The translations under genes were made by a program, and so were the position numbers. The notes under the pieces were generated by a model, which ran no database searches, had not been told where the DNA came from, and worked only from the letters and a program-made list of their open reading frames with translations. A DNA stretch of 64,000 nt from Sedimentisphaerales bacterium (GTDB lineage: Bacteria > Planctomycetota > Phycisphaerae > Sedimentisphaerales > Anaerobacaceae), in assembly GCA_963708075.1 (NCBI GenBank), contig OY970194.1, positions 5,536,001 to 5,600,000 of the forward strand, given 5' to 3'. Positions 47,191-57,129 of this stretch are shown here, piece by piece. Position 1 is the stretch's first letter; each line of letters opens with the position of its first letter.

Positions 47191-49587
47191 CTATTCATAC
47201 CTCAACGCTTCCATCGGATCGATCTGCGCCGCACGCCGGGCGGGTATCCAAGCGGCCAGAACAGCAACGGCAATTACGAGTAAAGAAGTTCCCACCAACA
47301 CAATCGGATCTGCCGGATCCAATCCGAACAGCTCGCTCCTCAAAATATATCCCACACCCAAGACGACAGGCAATCCTATACACACACCAATCACGGCCAG
47401 AGTCAGACCTTGACGTAAGACAGTGATCAATATATCCCTAAAGCTTGCACCCACGGCCATACGTATGCCAATCTCATGCGTACGTCGGGCCACGGAATAA
47501 GAGACCAGACTGTACAACCCGGCTATCGCCATTATAAACGCCGAAAATCCGAGTACTCCTAACAACCAGGAAGCAATCCATTGCGGGAGCAATACAAAAT
47601 GAACCTGCTGCTTTAGGGTAGTGACAACCAGAGGGAGAACGTCCCGGTTGACCGTCTGCATGACGCGACGAATCGGTTCGGCTGCCAGTTCCGCCTTACC
47701 CTGCGTTTCGACCAGGAGTGTCATTTCACTACGGGATTCTTGTCCAAAGGGTAAATACAGATAGGGTTCGGGCGGTGTGGTTAAATCCGCAATCCTGATG
47801 TCCCGAACAATACCCACGATCTGATACGCTCTGCCCTGCGCACCGCCAATGAACAACGACTCGCCGATAGGGTCTTTATCCGCCCAGAAGCGTCGAGCGG
47901 CCGTTTCACTGATCATTGCGACCTTAGCATCGGAAGTACAATCCCTTTCATTGAACACACGCCCTTGCCGGACAGGAATACCCATGGTCTTGAAGTAATC
48001 CGGGTGAATTACATTATAACGCCACTCGCTTCCCTGCTGAGAAACATCCGTACTATCACCCGGTACATATACCTGCTTGCTGGCACCACCGCCCGATAAA
48101 CTGAAGGGGACGAAACTCGCCAGACTTACCTGTTTCACGGTCGGCACAGCCTCGACGTGCTCGATCAATTGTGTGTAATAGGCCTGCGCCTGATTCCGAT
48201 TCAAACCGAAGGCGCCCGGGCTAAGCTGGATCAACAGCATCTCTTTATTCTGAAAACCAAAATCCATGGAAAGCCCCTTCCCGAATCCTCTTATGAAAAG
48301 GCCGGTCGTTGCCAAGAATATGAGTGATACGGCTAACTGACCAATGACCAGTGTGTTTCGTCCGAAGTATCGCCGCTTTCCATGCGAGGAACTCACATGC
48401 TCTTTGATATGCACTGCCGGATCGATTCTGGTGACACGTACGGCAGGGATGAAGCCAAAAAATAAGGTGGCTAAACCCATTAGCATGAATATCATCGTCA
48501 GGACCTGACGATCCAGACGCAGTTCCGGTAATTTGAGGCCTGCAATATCAGGCAACAGAGCGGGCAATAGGGAAGCGGCCCACCGTGCCAAGAGCACCGC
48601 GAGCACTGTACCAAGAAATGACAATAATAAACTCTCGGTCAATAATTGACGCAACAGTCGCAGGCGACTGCTTCCAAGCGCCCGTCGGATGGCGATCTCG
48701 TGTTGACGACTTTCATTCCGGGCCAACAACAACGCGGAGACATTGGCGCAAGCTACCAGCAGGACCAGTACCACCACCGACATAACCATAGAAACCAGGA
48801 TGCCGTACCGCTTCCAGAGATCACGCTCCGCTTCGACCCTAGCCTTCAGAGATCGCCCGGTTCTGGGGATCGTGAGATTTATCCCCAAACGATTCACAAT
48901 CGTATCCACCTCGGCCAGCGCTTCTTCAACGCCTACCCCGGGAGCCAAGCGTCCTATTAGAGAAAAACTGGAATTCACTCCCACATCGCCCAACATTTCG
49001 GCTGGAAACCAAATATCAACAGAACGTTCACGGTATACACCTGAAAAATTCTTGGGAGTCACGCCTAAAATCGTATAACTGCTGGCGGTTAGCCAGATCG
49101 TCTTACCACAAATCTGCGGATCACGTTCATAACAGCGTTGCCACAGACTGTAGCTGATAACCACGGTCGGCTCATCAACAGAGGGTTGTGACTCCGGAGA
49201 AAAAAACCGGCCCACATGAGGCTTAATACCTAAAACCTGGAAATAATTTGAGGATACTACGCTACTACTCAAAAGCTCCGTACGTCCTTCTCGGTTCAGC
49301 ATAGCGCCTCCCCCGTTACGAGATACGGCAATTACCCCTGAAAGTGTACGGCTCTGCTCTTTCAATTCTAAATAGTGAGGGTATGAAAACAACGGCCAGA
49401 AGATGCGCACAATTTCATGATCGTTAGAAAACGAGAGAGGACGAAGAAATACCGCATTCAGAGCTGTGAACACGGTAGCATTCAGCCCAATACCAATGGC
49501 CAGCGACACAACCGCCACCGCCGTGAAACCTGGACTCTTTCGCATCTGACGAAACCCATAACGAATATCATGCCACAATGTCGTCAT
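47191..49587 (-). CDS. ADOP/MacB-FtsX duplicated ABC permease (4th; visibly AT-richer)
   Basis: MTTLWHDIRYGFR ... PARRAAQIDPMEALRYE; many A/T-ending codons. Confidence 0.92.
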   Translation of the reverse strand: MTTLWHDIRYGFRQMRKSPGFTAVAVVSLAIGIGLNATVFTALNAVFLRPLSFSNDHEIVRIFWPLFSYPHYLELKEQSRTLSGVIAVSRNGGGAMLNREGRTELLSSSVVSSNYFQVLGIKPHVGRFFSPESQPSVDEPTVVISYSLWQRCYERDPQICGKTIWLTASSYTILGVTPKNFSGVYRERSVDIWFPAEMLGDVGVNSSFSLIGRLAPGVGVEEALAEVDTIVNRLGINLTIPRTGRSLKARVEAERDLWKRYGILVSMVMSVVVLVLLVACANVSALLLARNESRQHEIAIRRALGSSRLRLLRQLLTESLLLSFLGTVLAVLLARWAASLLPALLPDIAGLKLPELRLDRQVLTMIFMLMGLATLFFGFIPAVRVTRIDPAVHIKEHVSSSHGKRRYFGRNTLVIGQLAVSLIFLATTGLFIRGFGKGLSMDFGFQNKEMLLIQLSPGAFGLNRNQAQAYYTQLIEHVEAVPTVKQVSLASFVPFSLSGGGASKQVYVPGDSTDVSQQGSEWRYNVIHPDYFKTMGIPVRQGRVFNERDCTSDAKVAMISETAARRFWADKDPIGESLFIGGAQGRAYQIVGIVRDIRIADLTTPPEPYLYLPFGQESRSEMTLLVETQGKAELAAEPIRRVMQTVNRDVLPLVVTTLKQQVHFVLLPQWIASWLLGVLGFSAFIMAIAGLYSLVSYSVARRTHEIGIRMAVGASFRDILITVLRQGLTLAVIGVCIGLPVVLGVGYILRSELFGLDPADPIVLVGTSLLVIAVAVLAAWIPARRAAQIDPMEALRYE

Positions 49588-49597
49588 TGTACAACTC

Positions 49598-49680
49598 CAG
49601 TTCTCAGTTCTCGGTTGTCAGTTCCCAGTCGTCAGTTACGGGTCCCCCGCCGCCTTGCTGACAACCGACGACTGGCAACT
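49598..49680. repeat. Inverted heptamer-repeat hairpin
   Basis: (CAGTTnn)x6, GGGTCCCCCGCCGCC loop, inverted arm. Confidence 0.85.
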
Positions 49681-50345
49681 CACTCCTTCACCATCCAGCC
49701 GTCCTTGAGGCGGACGATCCGCTTGCTGTAGGCGGCGTACTTGTCGTTGTGGGTGACCTGGATGATCGTCGTGCCCTCGGCGTTGAGCTTCTTGAACAGG
49801 TCCATGATCGCCTCGCCCTGGCTGGAGTGCAGATTGCCGGTCGGCTCATCCGCTAAGAGGAGCTTCGGATTGGCGATCACCGCCCGCGCGACGCCCACCA
49901 ACTGCTGTTGCCCGCCCGAGAGCTGGCTGGGGAACAGGTCCTTTTTGCCCACGATGCCGAAACGGTCGAGCGTGTCGCAGACGATCGAGGCCCGCTCGGA
50001 GGCTTTGATATTCCGATAGGACAGAGGGATATCCAGGTTCTCGTACACCGTCAGGGTATCGAGCAGATTGAAGTTCTGAAACACAAAGCCGATGTACTGC
50101 TTGTTCAGGGCCAGCCGCTCTTTTGGCTTGAGACTGTGGACGGCGTGGTCGAAGAGGTAGTACTCGCCCTCCCAGGCGCCGTCCAGCATCCCGAGGATGT
50201 TGAGCAGCGTCGTCTTGCCCGCCGCCGAGGGCCCCATGATCGTGAGAAAGTCGCCGTCTTCAATGTCCAGGTTGATCTGCCGCAGGACGTAATTCTTCCC
50301 CGCCCGCGTCTCGTAGCATTTCTCGATGTTCTTCAGTCGGATCAT
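49680..50345 (-). CDS. ABC ATP-binding protein (MacB/LolD type), close paralog of 46253..46918
   Basis: Same 221-aa length and motifs; mostly identical sequence. Confidence 0.95.
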   Translation of the reverse strand: MIRLKNIEKCYETRAGKNYVLRQINLDIEDGDFLTIMGPSAAGKTTLLNILGMLDGAWEGEYYLFDHAVHSLKPKERLALNKQYIGFVFQNFNLLDTLTVYENLDIPLSYRNIKASERASIVCDTLDRFGIVGKKDLFPSQLSGGQQQLVGVARAVIANPKLLLADEPTGNLHSSQGEAIMDLFKKLNAEGTTIIQVTHNDKYAAYSKRIVRLKDGWMVKE

Positions 50346-50353
50346 AAAGTCTC

Positions 50354-50422
50354 CAGTTGTCGGTTCTCAGTTGTCGGTTATGGCCTCTCCTGCCGGCAAC
50401 TGACAACTGTGGACTGGCTACT
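50354..50422. repeat. Inverted heptamer-repeat hairpin
   Basis: CAGTTGT CGGTTCT CAGTTGT CGGTTAT ... CAACTGA CAACTGT GGACTGG. Confidence 0.8.
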
Positions 50423-50426
50423 CATC

Positions 50427-52904
50427 TTACTCATACCTCAACGCCGCCATCGGATCGATCTTCGCCGCTCTGCGGGCGGGAAGGTAGCAGGCCAGCAGGG
50501 TGACGGCGGTCAGCAGCAGCGAGACGATTCCGTAGGTTGCCGGGTCCCATGCTCGGACGCCGTAAAGGTAATAGTCATTGTATTGACGCAGCTCGGGAAG
50601 CAGCGTGAACAGAAACCAGGCGGGAACGGCGCTGACGGCAAGGCCCAGCGCCAGGCCGATAACGGTCAGGACCATCCCCTGAAGCAGAACCAGCTTCAGC
50701 ACATCACCACCTTGCGCGCCCAGGGCCACGCGGATTCCGATCTGCCGTGTCTGCCGGCTGACCTCATACGCCATCACGGCGGCGATTCCCGTCGCCGCGA
50801 GCAGCAGCCCCATGACACCCATAGCATTCAGGACCTGTCCGATCGTTCGCTGCGTCGAGAGCAGGTCCGAGATCCGCTCGGCGACGGTGCGAGTATCGTA
50901 GTCCGGCGGATTCAGGCCCAGGGGCGAGAGTGCCTGGCGTACGGCCGGGACCAGGACCTGCGGATCGCCGGCGGTCCGAATGAGCAGGACGGGTTTCGTT
51001 GCCGGCGATTGCGCGAGTGGCCGGTAAATGAATGGCCTGGAAGGTTCGCGGAGGGACCAGAGCCTGGTCGCCTTGACCACGCCAACCACCTCGCGCACGT
51101 CATCCAAGCCGCAGGTGATTCGCTTGCCGATGGGGTCCTGGCTCGGCCAGTACCGCTGCGCAAAAGCCTCGTCGACAATCACGACCGGGGTGGTGGCGGG
51201 ACCGTCCTCGATGGAGAAGTGGCGGCCTTTCAGCAGGGGGACGCCAAGCATCGGGAAGTATCCCGGACTGACCACGTCAAAGTCCACGGAAAGCACCTCG
51301 TGATCCAGTGGGAACTGGAAGCCGTCGATGTGTCTCATGCCGGTCTTCTGGTTGCCGGTCGCCGACAGCGGCGCCCCGGAGGCGAGACTGACTGCCTCCA
51401 CGCCCGGCCAGCCCGCAGCACGTGCCGCCAAGTCGTCAAGAAACGGGCGAACACCTGCGCCGAGCTTGTCAGTGTCTTTCGAACTCACCTCCACGGCAAG
51501 GATCTTCTCCGGATCGAAGCCGGCGCCGATGGTGTAGAACGCTTTAACACTGCGAATGCACAGCACGCCAAATACCAGCACGATCATGGAAATGGCCACC
51601 TGGCCAACCACCAGGAGGTTGCGGAGACTCCAGCGGCGCCTCAATATCTCGATGGCGCCGGGGCTATCCTTCAACATGGAGACGACGTTGGTCTGTGACG
51701 CCCGAAGGGCCGGGACCAGGCCGGAAGCCAGTGCCGCAGCCAGCGACACCAGAAGCGTGAATCCAAGAATACGTGCGTCGATACCTGCGGGCATGTCGAT
51801 CCCACCGGCCACTGTCACAACGCTTCGCAAGAGGTTGCTGAGCCAATGGGCCAGAAGGGCGCCACACGCTCCGCTGAACAGGGCCAACCACAGGTTCTCG
51901 CACAGGAGTTGGCGTATCACGTCACGTCGGGTTGCGCCGATGCCGAGCCGGATGGCGATCTCCTTGCGTCGGGTCGTCGCCCGCGCCAGTACCATGTTTG
52001 CCACGTTCGCACATGCGATCAGGAGGATCAGCACGCTGGGCACCTGGAAAATCGCCAAAGCCAGCCACAGCCCTTCATCGCGCCAGACGCTGTATCCCTG
52101 GCTTCCATCCGAGAGAATCGTGTCGGGATGAATGTTCAGCGGGTCAATTCTCAGGAATTGCTCCGTCAGCACCCGCAGATTGGCCTCGGCTTGTTCACGG
52201 CTCACGCCGGGCCGGAGCCGACCCAACAGCATCCACCACGTGCGGTTATGTTCATCGGGTGAAAAATCGTTCATGTAGGCCCACGCATGCAGCGGCATGT
52301 ACACGCCTGTGCCGAAGCCGGCGTACGTGCCGGTGAACTCGGGCGGGGTCACTCCCACGATCGTAACGGCGGAATCGTTCACCTGGACCATTTTGCCCAA
52401 GACGGCCGGGTCGCCCCCAAACTCCCGCTGCCAGAGTCTGTGGCTGATGACGGCGACCGGGGGAGCGGCCGGTGTGTCATCCTGCGGAATAAAGGTGCGA
52501 CCCAGGGCGGGCTTGATCCCCAGCACGGAGAAGTAGTTGCCCGATACTCCCTCCCCGGCCACACGGTGCATGGACTGTCCGAGGGTCAGGGCCACGGAAT
52601 CGCCTGCATAGGCAAGAAGCCCGGAGAAGACCTGGGATTCATCCCGGTAGTGAGCGTATAGCGGATAATGGAAATCGCCATAGGCTGTGACACTCCCGGT
52701 GTCCGTGGATCGGTATCCCACAGCGACCAGTTCGTGCGGCTTTGGCACCGGCAGCGGCCGAAACAGGGCATGGTCCAGGAAGCTGAACACCGCCGTATTC
52801 GTGCCCACGCCAAGGGCAAGCGTTAGTACCGCCAGAGCTGTAAAGCGTGGATTCTTCACGAGCGTTCGCAGACCAAATCGCAGATCTTGCAGCAGAATAC
52901 GCAT
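50427..52904 (-). CDS. ADOP/MacB-FtsX duplicated ABC permease (3rd)
   Basis: MRILLQDLRFGLR, LLIACANVAN, PARRAAKIDPMAALRYE. Confidence 0.92.
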   Translation of the reverse strand: MRILLQDLRFGLRTLVKNPRFTALAVLTLALGVGTNTAVFSFLDHALFRPLPVPKPHELVAVGYRSTDTGSVTAYGDFHYPLYAHYRDESQVFSGLLAYAGDSVALTLGQSMHRVAGEGVSGNYFSVLGIKPALGRTFIPQDDTPAAPPVAVISHRLWQREFGGDPAVLGKMVQVNDSAVTIVGVTPPEFTGTYAGFGTGVYMPLHAWAYMNDFSPDEHNRTWWMLLGRLRPGVSREQAEANLRVLTEQFLRIDPLNIHPDTILSDGSQGYSVWRDEGLWLALAIFQVPSVLILLIACANVANMVLARATTRRKEIAIRLGIGATRRDVIRQLLCENLWLALFSGACGALLAHWLSNLLRSVVTVAGGIDMPAGIDARILGFTLLVSLAAALASGLVPALRASQTNVVSMLKDSPGAIEILRRRWSLRNLLVVGQVAISMIVLVFGVLCIRSVKAFYTIGAGFDPEKILAVEVSSKDTDKLGAGVRPFLDDLAARAAGWPGVEAVSLASGAPLSATGNQKTGMRHIDGFQFPLDHEVLSVDFDVVSPGYFPMLGVPLLKGRHFSIEDGPATTPVVIVDEAFAQRYWPSQDPIGKRITCGLDDVREVVGVVKATRLWSLREPSRPFIYRPLAQSPATKPVLLIRTAGDPQVLVPAVRQALSPLGLNPPDYDTRTVAERISDLLSTQRTIGQVLNAMGVMGLLLAATGIAAVMAYEVSRQTRQIGIRVALGAQGGDVLKLVLLQGMVLTVIGLALGLAVSAVPAWFLFTLLPELRQYNDYYLYGVRAWDPATYGIVSLLLTAVTLLACYLPARRAAKIDPMAALRYE

Positions 52905-52912
52905 GATTCCTC

Positions 52913-55330
52913 CTACTCACATCTCAACGCCACCATCGGATCGATCTTCGCGGCCCGGCGGGCGGGGATGTAACACGCTACTCCTGCGGCCGCCACAAGC
53001 ACGACTGTGGTCGTGACAAACGTGGTCAGGTCCGTGGGATTCACATTGTAGAGCGTACCGGCGAGCACTCGACTCAGACCCAGCGCCGCGATCAGGCCGA
53101 GGCCCAGACCGGCGCCGACCAGTCGAAGGCCTTCCCGGATCACCATGTTCACCACATCGGGCGCTCTGGCGCCGAGCGCCATGCGAATCCCGATCTCCTG
53201 GGTCCGCTGGCCCGCCCAATAGCTGGTGACGCCATAAATCCCCGCGAACGCCATGATGGCGGCGATCGCTCCATAGACGAGAAACATGGACGAGTACGTG
53301 AGGCGGAACAGCATCAGCGCCCGCATGCGGTCCGCCATCGTCTTGATATCGTGGACCGGCAGATCGGAATCCGCGGACCGCACGATCTCGCGGATTCTCG
53401 GGACCAGGGAGACAGGGTCGGCGCCGGTGCGGACGATGCCGAACATCGTTGAGCGGGGGAAGTGGCCGTAAGGCACATAGACACTCGCTCGTACCGGTTT
53501 CTCAGGACCATAGTGCTTCACGTCCCCTGTCACGCCAATGACGCGCATCCAGTCCTGGGAACCCGAGAATCGAATCCGCTTGTCTATGGCGTTCTGCCCC
53601 GGCCAGTAATGTCTCGCGAAACTCTCGTTGACGATCGCAGTTCTGGCACTGTCCGGGCGGTTGTCCGGCTCATCGAAGAACCGTCCCGAAAGCAGCTTGA
53701 TGCCCATGGTCTCGAAGTAGCCCGGGGTGGTCGTGTGGAACAGCACGATTGGATCTTCCTCACCCGGCTGTTTGGCCGGTGCGCCTTCCGCGTCAAAAGA
53801 TTGCCCATCATGCTGGCCGCTCATCGGCAGCACGCTGACAAGTCCGGCTCCGGCGACTCCCGGCAGCGTTCGTATCCTGCTAAGGTGCTGCTCGAAGAAG
53901 GTCCGCCTGGCCTCATCGGGGTATGCGCCAGAGGGCAGGCTGATCTGGTAGGTGACGATGCCGGACGGACGGAATCCGGGATCGATTTCCTGCACCTTTT
54001 GCAGGGCCCGCAGGACCAACCCGGCACAGATCAGCAGAATCAAGGCCAGCGCAACCTGGCCGACTACGATGGCGCTGAGCATTCTTCGGCCGCCACCCGA
54101 GGCGGCGTTGCGGATGCCGGAGGATTGCAGCACGCCGTGAAAGTCTTTCGTCCTCGCGGCGTGCAGACCCGGTATGAGCCCGGACAGAACAGTAGCCGCG
54201 CCGATGATGGACAGGCAGAACAGCGCGCAACGGATGTCCATATCGAATGTCATCCAGCGCGGGATGTTCATGAGCTCACGATACTGCGTGGTGATCAACG
54301 TAATCGCCACGTCCGCCAGAAGAATGCCGATGACCCCTCCGATGGCGGACAGCAAAATGCTTTCCGTCAAGATGTGGCGGATGATGCGCCAACCCGTGGC
54401 TCCCAGGGCCAGGCGCGTGGCGATCTCCCTGCCTCGATGCGACCCGCGAGCCAGCATGATGGCGGCGACGTTGCAGCAGGCAATCAACAACACGAGCCCC
54501 ACTGCACCCAACAGGATCGTGAGACCCTGCCAGTACTCGCCGAGGTATCTTTGTCGCAGGGTGCTGACGGTCGGTGAGGTGATCTCATTGGCGGGGTGTC
54601 CCTCTGCGAGGCTCCGGTGGATGCGGAGCAGATCATCGCGGGCTTGCTCCACGGTCACGCCCTCTCTCATCCGGCCGATTGCGGATAAATACCAACTGTC
54701 TTTGCCCTGCTGGGGGTCGGCAGCGAGCGGCCTCAGCGCATCGATATCCGCGGGAAAACCGGCTTCAGGCGGCAGGACTCCGATAATGGTACAGGAGTTG
54801 TCGTCCAGTCGCAGCGTCTGGCCCAGGACGGCCGGGTTCCTGCCGGACATTCGTTTCCACAAGCCGTAGCTCAGCAGGACCACGCTGGGGCCGTTCGGCT
54901 GGTCCTCCTCTTGCGTGAAACGCCTCCCCAGCACGGGCTGAATCCCCAGGACATCGAAGTAGTCATGCGTCGCCACGAGCACGTTGGCTCGCTCCGCCTT
55001 GCCATCGATAGACAGATTCGCCCCCCACAGGGTCCAGGCATACATCGACTCGAAGCTCTTGTTGTGCTCACGCCAGGCGTGAAAATCCGGAAAGGCGATC
55101 GCCGTGTAGTCCAGACCCCACTTGGGCGCCGTCTCGTTGAGATCCATCAGCCGATCAGGGTTGGGCACGGGGAATGGACGCAGGTACAGGCCATTGAACA
55201 GACTGAACACTGTCGCCATACCCGCAATCCCGATTGCCAGGATTCCTGTGCTCAACAGTGAGAACGACCGCTGCTTGATGAGGCTGCGGCAGGCAAACCT
55301 CAGATCAGACCAGATACTGAGAACTCCCAT
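52913..55330 (-). CDS. ADOP/MacB-FtsX duplicated ABC permease (2nd)
   Basis: WSDLRFACR, LLIACCNVA, PARRAAKIDPMVALRCE. Confidence 0.92.
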   Translation of the reverse strand: MGVLSIWSDLRFACRSLIKQRSFSLLSTGILAIGIAGMATVFSLFNGLYLRPFPVPNPDRLMDLNETAPKWGLDYTAIAFPDFHAWREHNKSFESMYAWTLWGANLSIDGKAERANVLVATHDYFDVLGIQPVLGRRFTQEEDQPNGPSVVLLSYGLWKRMSGRNPAVLGQTLRLDDNSCTIIGVLPPEAGFPADIDALRPLAADPQQGKDSWYLSAIGRMREGVTVEQARDDLLRIHRSLAEGHPANEITSPTVSTLRQRYLGEYWQGLTILLGAVGLVLLIACCNVAAIMLARGSHRGREIATRLALGATGWRIIRHILTESILLSAIGGVIGILLADVAITLITTQYRELMNIPRWMTFDMDIRCALFCLSIIGAATVLSGLIPGLHAARTKDFHGVLQSSGIRNAASGGGRRMLSAIVVGQVALALILLICAGLVLRALQKVQEIDPGFRPSGIVTYQISLPSGAYPDEARRTFFEQHLSRIRTLPGVAGAGLVSVLPMSGQHDGQSFDAEGAPAKQPGEEDPIVLFHTTTPGYFETMGIKLLSGRFFDEPDNRPDSARTAIVNESFARHYWPGQNAIDKRIRFSGSQDWMRVIGVTGDVKHYGPEKPVRASVYVPYGHFPRSTMFGIVRTGADPVSLVPRIREIVRSADSDLPVHDIKTMADRMRALMLFRLTYSSMFLVYGAIAAIMAFAGIYGVTSYWAGQRTQEIGIRMALGARAPDVVNMVIREGLRLVGAGLGLGLIAALGLSRVLAGTLYNVNPTDLTTFVTTTVVLVAAAGVACYIPARRAAKIDPMVALRCE

Positions 55331-55386
55331 TGTCCTCTATTCCTTCCTGTACTCTGTGCCGTCACACGAATTCTCTGTCTCCGTTC

Positions 55387-55443
55387 CCATTCACATCTCA
55401 ATGCGGCCATGGGATCGATCCTCGCCGCCCGGCGGGCGGGCAA
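55387..55443 (-). pseudogene. Orphan permease 3' tail
   Basis: Encodes LPARRAARIDPMAALRCE followed by TGG where a TAG stop is expected; no permease body upstream. Confidence 0.85.
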
Positions 55444-55468
55444 GACAGCTTTGGGCTGTGTTCCAGGC

Positions 55469-57034
55469 TCATCGCTTCTCCAGACGGTAATTGCACCATG
55501 TGGGCACCTCGCGAGTGAAATCGAGTGTTCCTCCGCCCTTGGTGATGAACACACCCGGCTTGACCTCCTGGAGGTTCTCATTCGACGAGTGCAGCCCGTT
55601 CACCATGTCAAAGAACTTCGATTCGGTCACGCACAGGGTGCCGTCCTTTTCAAAGACGGTGATGCGCGGCGTATATTCGTCGCGACCCATCACCAGAATC
55701 GCCACATGAGCCCACCATTCGAGCTTGTATTCACTGAATCGCAGACTGTGAGTCCCGCAGTATTGCCTCCATTCGGGCTTGTAAGGGGTCGGCTTGTGAT
55801 CGGCCCAGCCCCACCATGTGCCGACGCAAGGATGATAGTCGGGCTCGTCCCGCGGGAAGCGCTTCTCCACAATCCTCCCTTTGACCAGCTTGTCTGTCAG
55901 CGCCAGGGCCAGGTTCCCCATGGCGGAATTCGGCAGCTTGTTGGTCAGGACGACAGCGCCCACGCCGTACTCGGGATACCAGTGCAGGAATGATAGAAAG
56001 CCAAATCCTGCACCGTCGTGCCAGAGCAGAGTCTCGGTCCGCTCGGGCGATCGCTTGTCAATAAGGATTCCCTGGCCATAGTACACGTTTGGGTCGGTGC
56101 GGATGATCCCCGCAGGTGCATGGATGGTCTCCATCAAGGACCGGTCGACAACACTGCGGCCGTCGAGCGTCCCTTGACTGATGTGCAATTGAACGAGGCG
56201 GGCGATGTCTCTGGCCGTGCTGTAAATGCTGCCTGCTCCGAGTGCCGGGTACACCACGGGCACCTTCGCTACGCCCATCATGTGCCCGATCGCGCGTTCG
56301 GAGTTGCCGAGGATCTCCTGCCGATCCGCCGTGGTGTTCGACATTCCCAGGGGAGTGAAGAGCCGCTCTTTGAGATAGTCCTTGAACGACTTGCCACTGG
56401 CCACCCGGATGGTGTACGCCGCCAGATCATACGATGCGTTGCCGAGATATACGCTGCTGCCCACCGGGCAGATGAGCCAACTGTCGTAGAGACTCTTGAT
56501 ATGATCTTCGAAGGAAGTCGTTGAAGCCGGCTCGAAATTATTGCCCAGGCTCATTTCCACAGGAATCCCGGCCGTGCAGTTGAGCAGCCGTCTCAGCGTG
56601 ATCTTCTGTTCCGGATGGTCTTCGTACCGGCTGTTGACCTTGAAGTCCGGCAGGTAGGTCGTGATCGGCTCGTCCAGCTTCACCAGTCCATCCTGGACGG
56701 CGAGCATGACAGCCGTGGCCGTGATCAGCTTGGACATCCCGCAGATCATGAAAGGCGTATCCGGCGTCACGGCCTTCTTCTTGCCGCCCGTGTAGCCGTA
56801 GCCTTCCGTCCAAACGATTCCTTTATCATCGACCAGGGCGATTGCGGCGCCGGGGAGATCGCCCTTATCCAGGATCCCCGGCACCGATGCGCGGAATTCA
56901 TCAATCACGGCTGTGATCTTCGGGTCCAGACCCTCTCTCTTGTAGCCGCCCGTCCCGGGAGCGGCCGCCCGCACTGGGCAGAGTGAGCCGGCCAGGAATT
57001 CCACTACAAGAATGGATAGGACAATGACTCGCAT
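55469..57034 (-). CDS. Secreted serine hydrolase / class C beta-lactamase-fold protein with a degenerate active site
   Basis: GAAIALV, TPDTPF, LDEPITTYLP, ITLRRLL, LGMSNT and WHDG; the SxxK position reads GMSK. Confidence 0.85.
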   Translation of the reverse strand: MRVIVLSILVVEFLAGSLCPVRAAAPGTGGYKREGLDPKITAVIDEFRASVPGILDKGDLPGAAIALVDDKGIVWTEGYGYTGGKKKAVTPDTPFMICGMSKLITATAVMLAVQDGLVKLDEPITTYLPDFKVNSRYEDHPEQKITLRRLLNCTAGIPVEMSLGNNFEPASTTSFEDHIKSLYDSWLICPVGSSVYLGNASYDLAAYTIRVASGKSFKDYLKERLFTPLGMSNTTADRQEILGNSERAIGHMMGVAKVPVVYPALGAGSIYSTARDIARLVQLHISQGTLDGRSVVDRSLMETIHAPAGIIRTDPNVYYGQGILIDKRSPERTETLLWHDGAGFGFLSFLHWYPEYGVGAVVLTNKLPNSAMGNLALALTDKLVKGRIVEKRFPRDEPDYHPCVGTWWGWADHKPTPYKPEWRQYCGTHSLRFSEYKLEWWAHVAILVMGRDEYTPRITVFEKDGTLCVTESKFFDMVNGLHSSNENLQEVKPGVFITKGGGTLDFTREVPTWCNYRLEKR

Positions 57035-57047
57035 AACACTCTGTCTC

Positions 57048-57125
57048 CAGTTCTCAGTTGTCAGTTCCCGGTTGTCAGTCCTCAGTTGCCGGCAACTGAC
57101 AACTGTCAACTGGGAACTGTGAACT
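57048..57125. repeat. Inverted heptamer-repeat hairpin
   Basis: (CAGTTnn)x6, CGG, (nAACTGn)x4-5. Confidence 0.85.
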
Positions 57126-57129
57126 CCTT

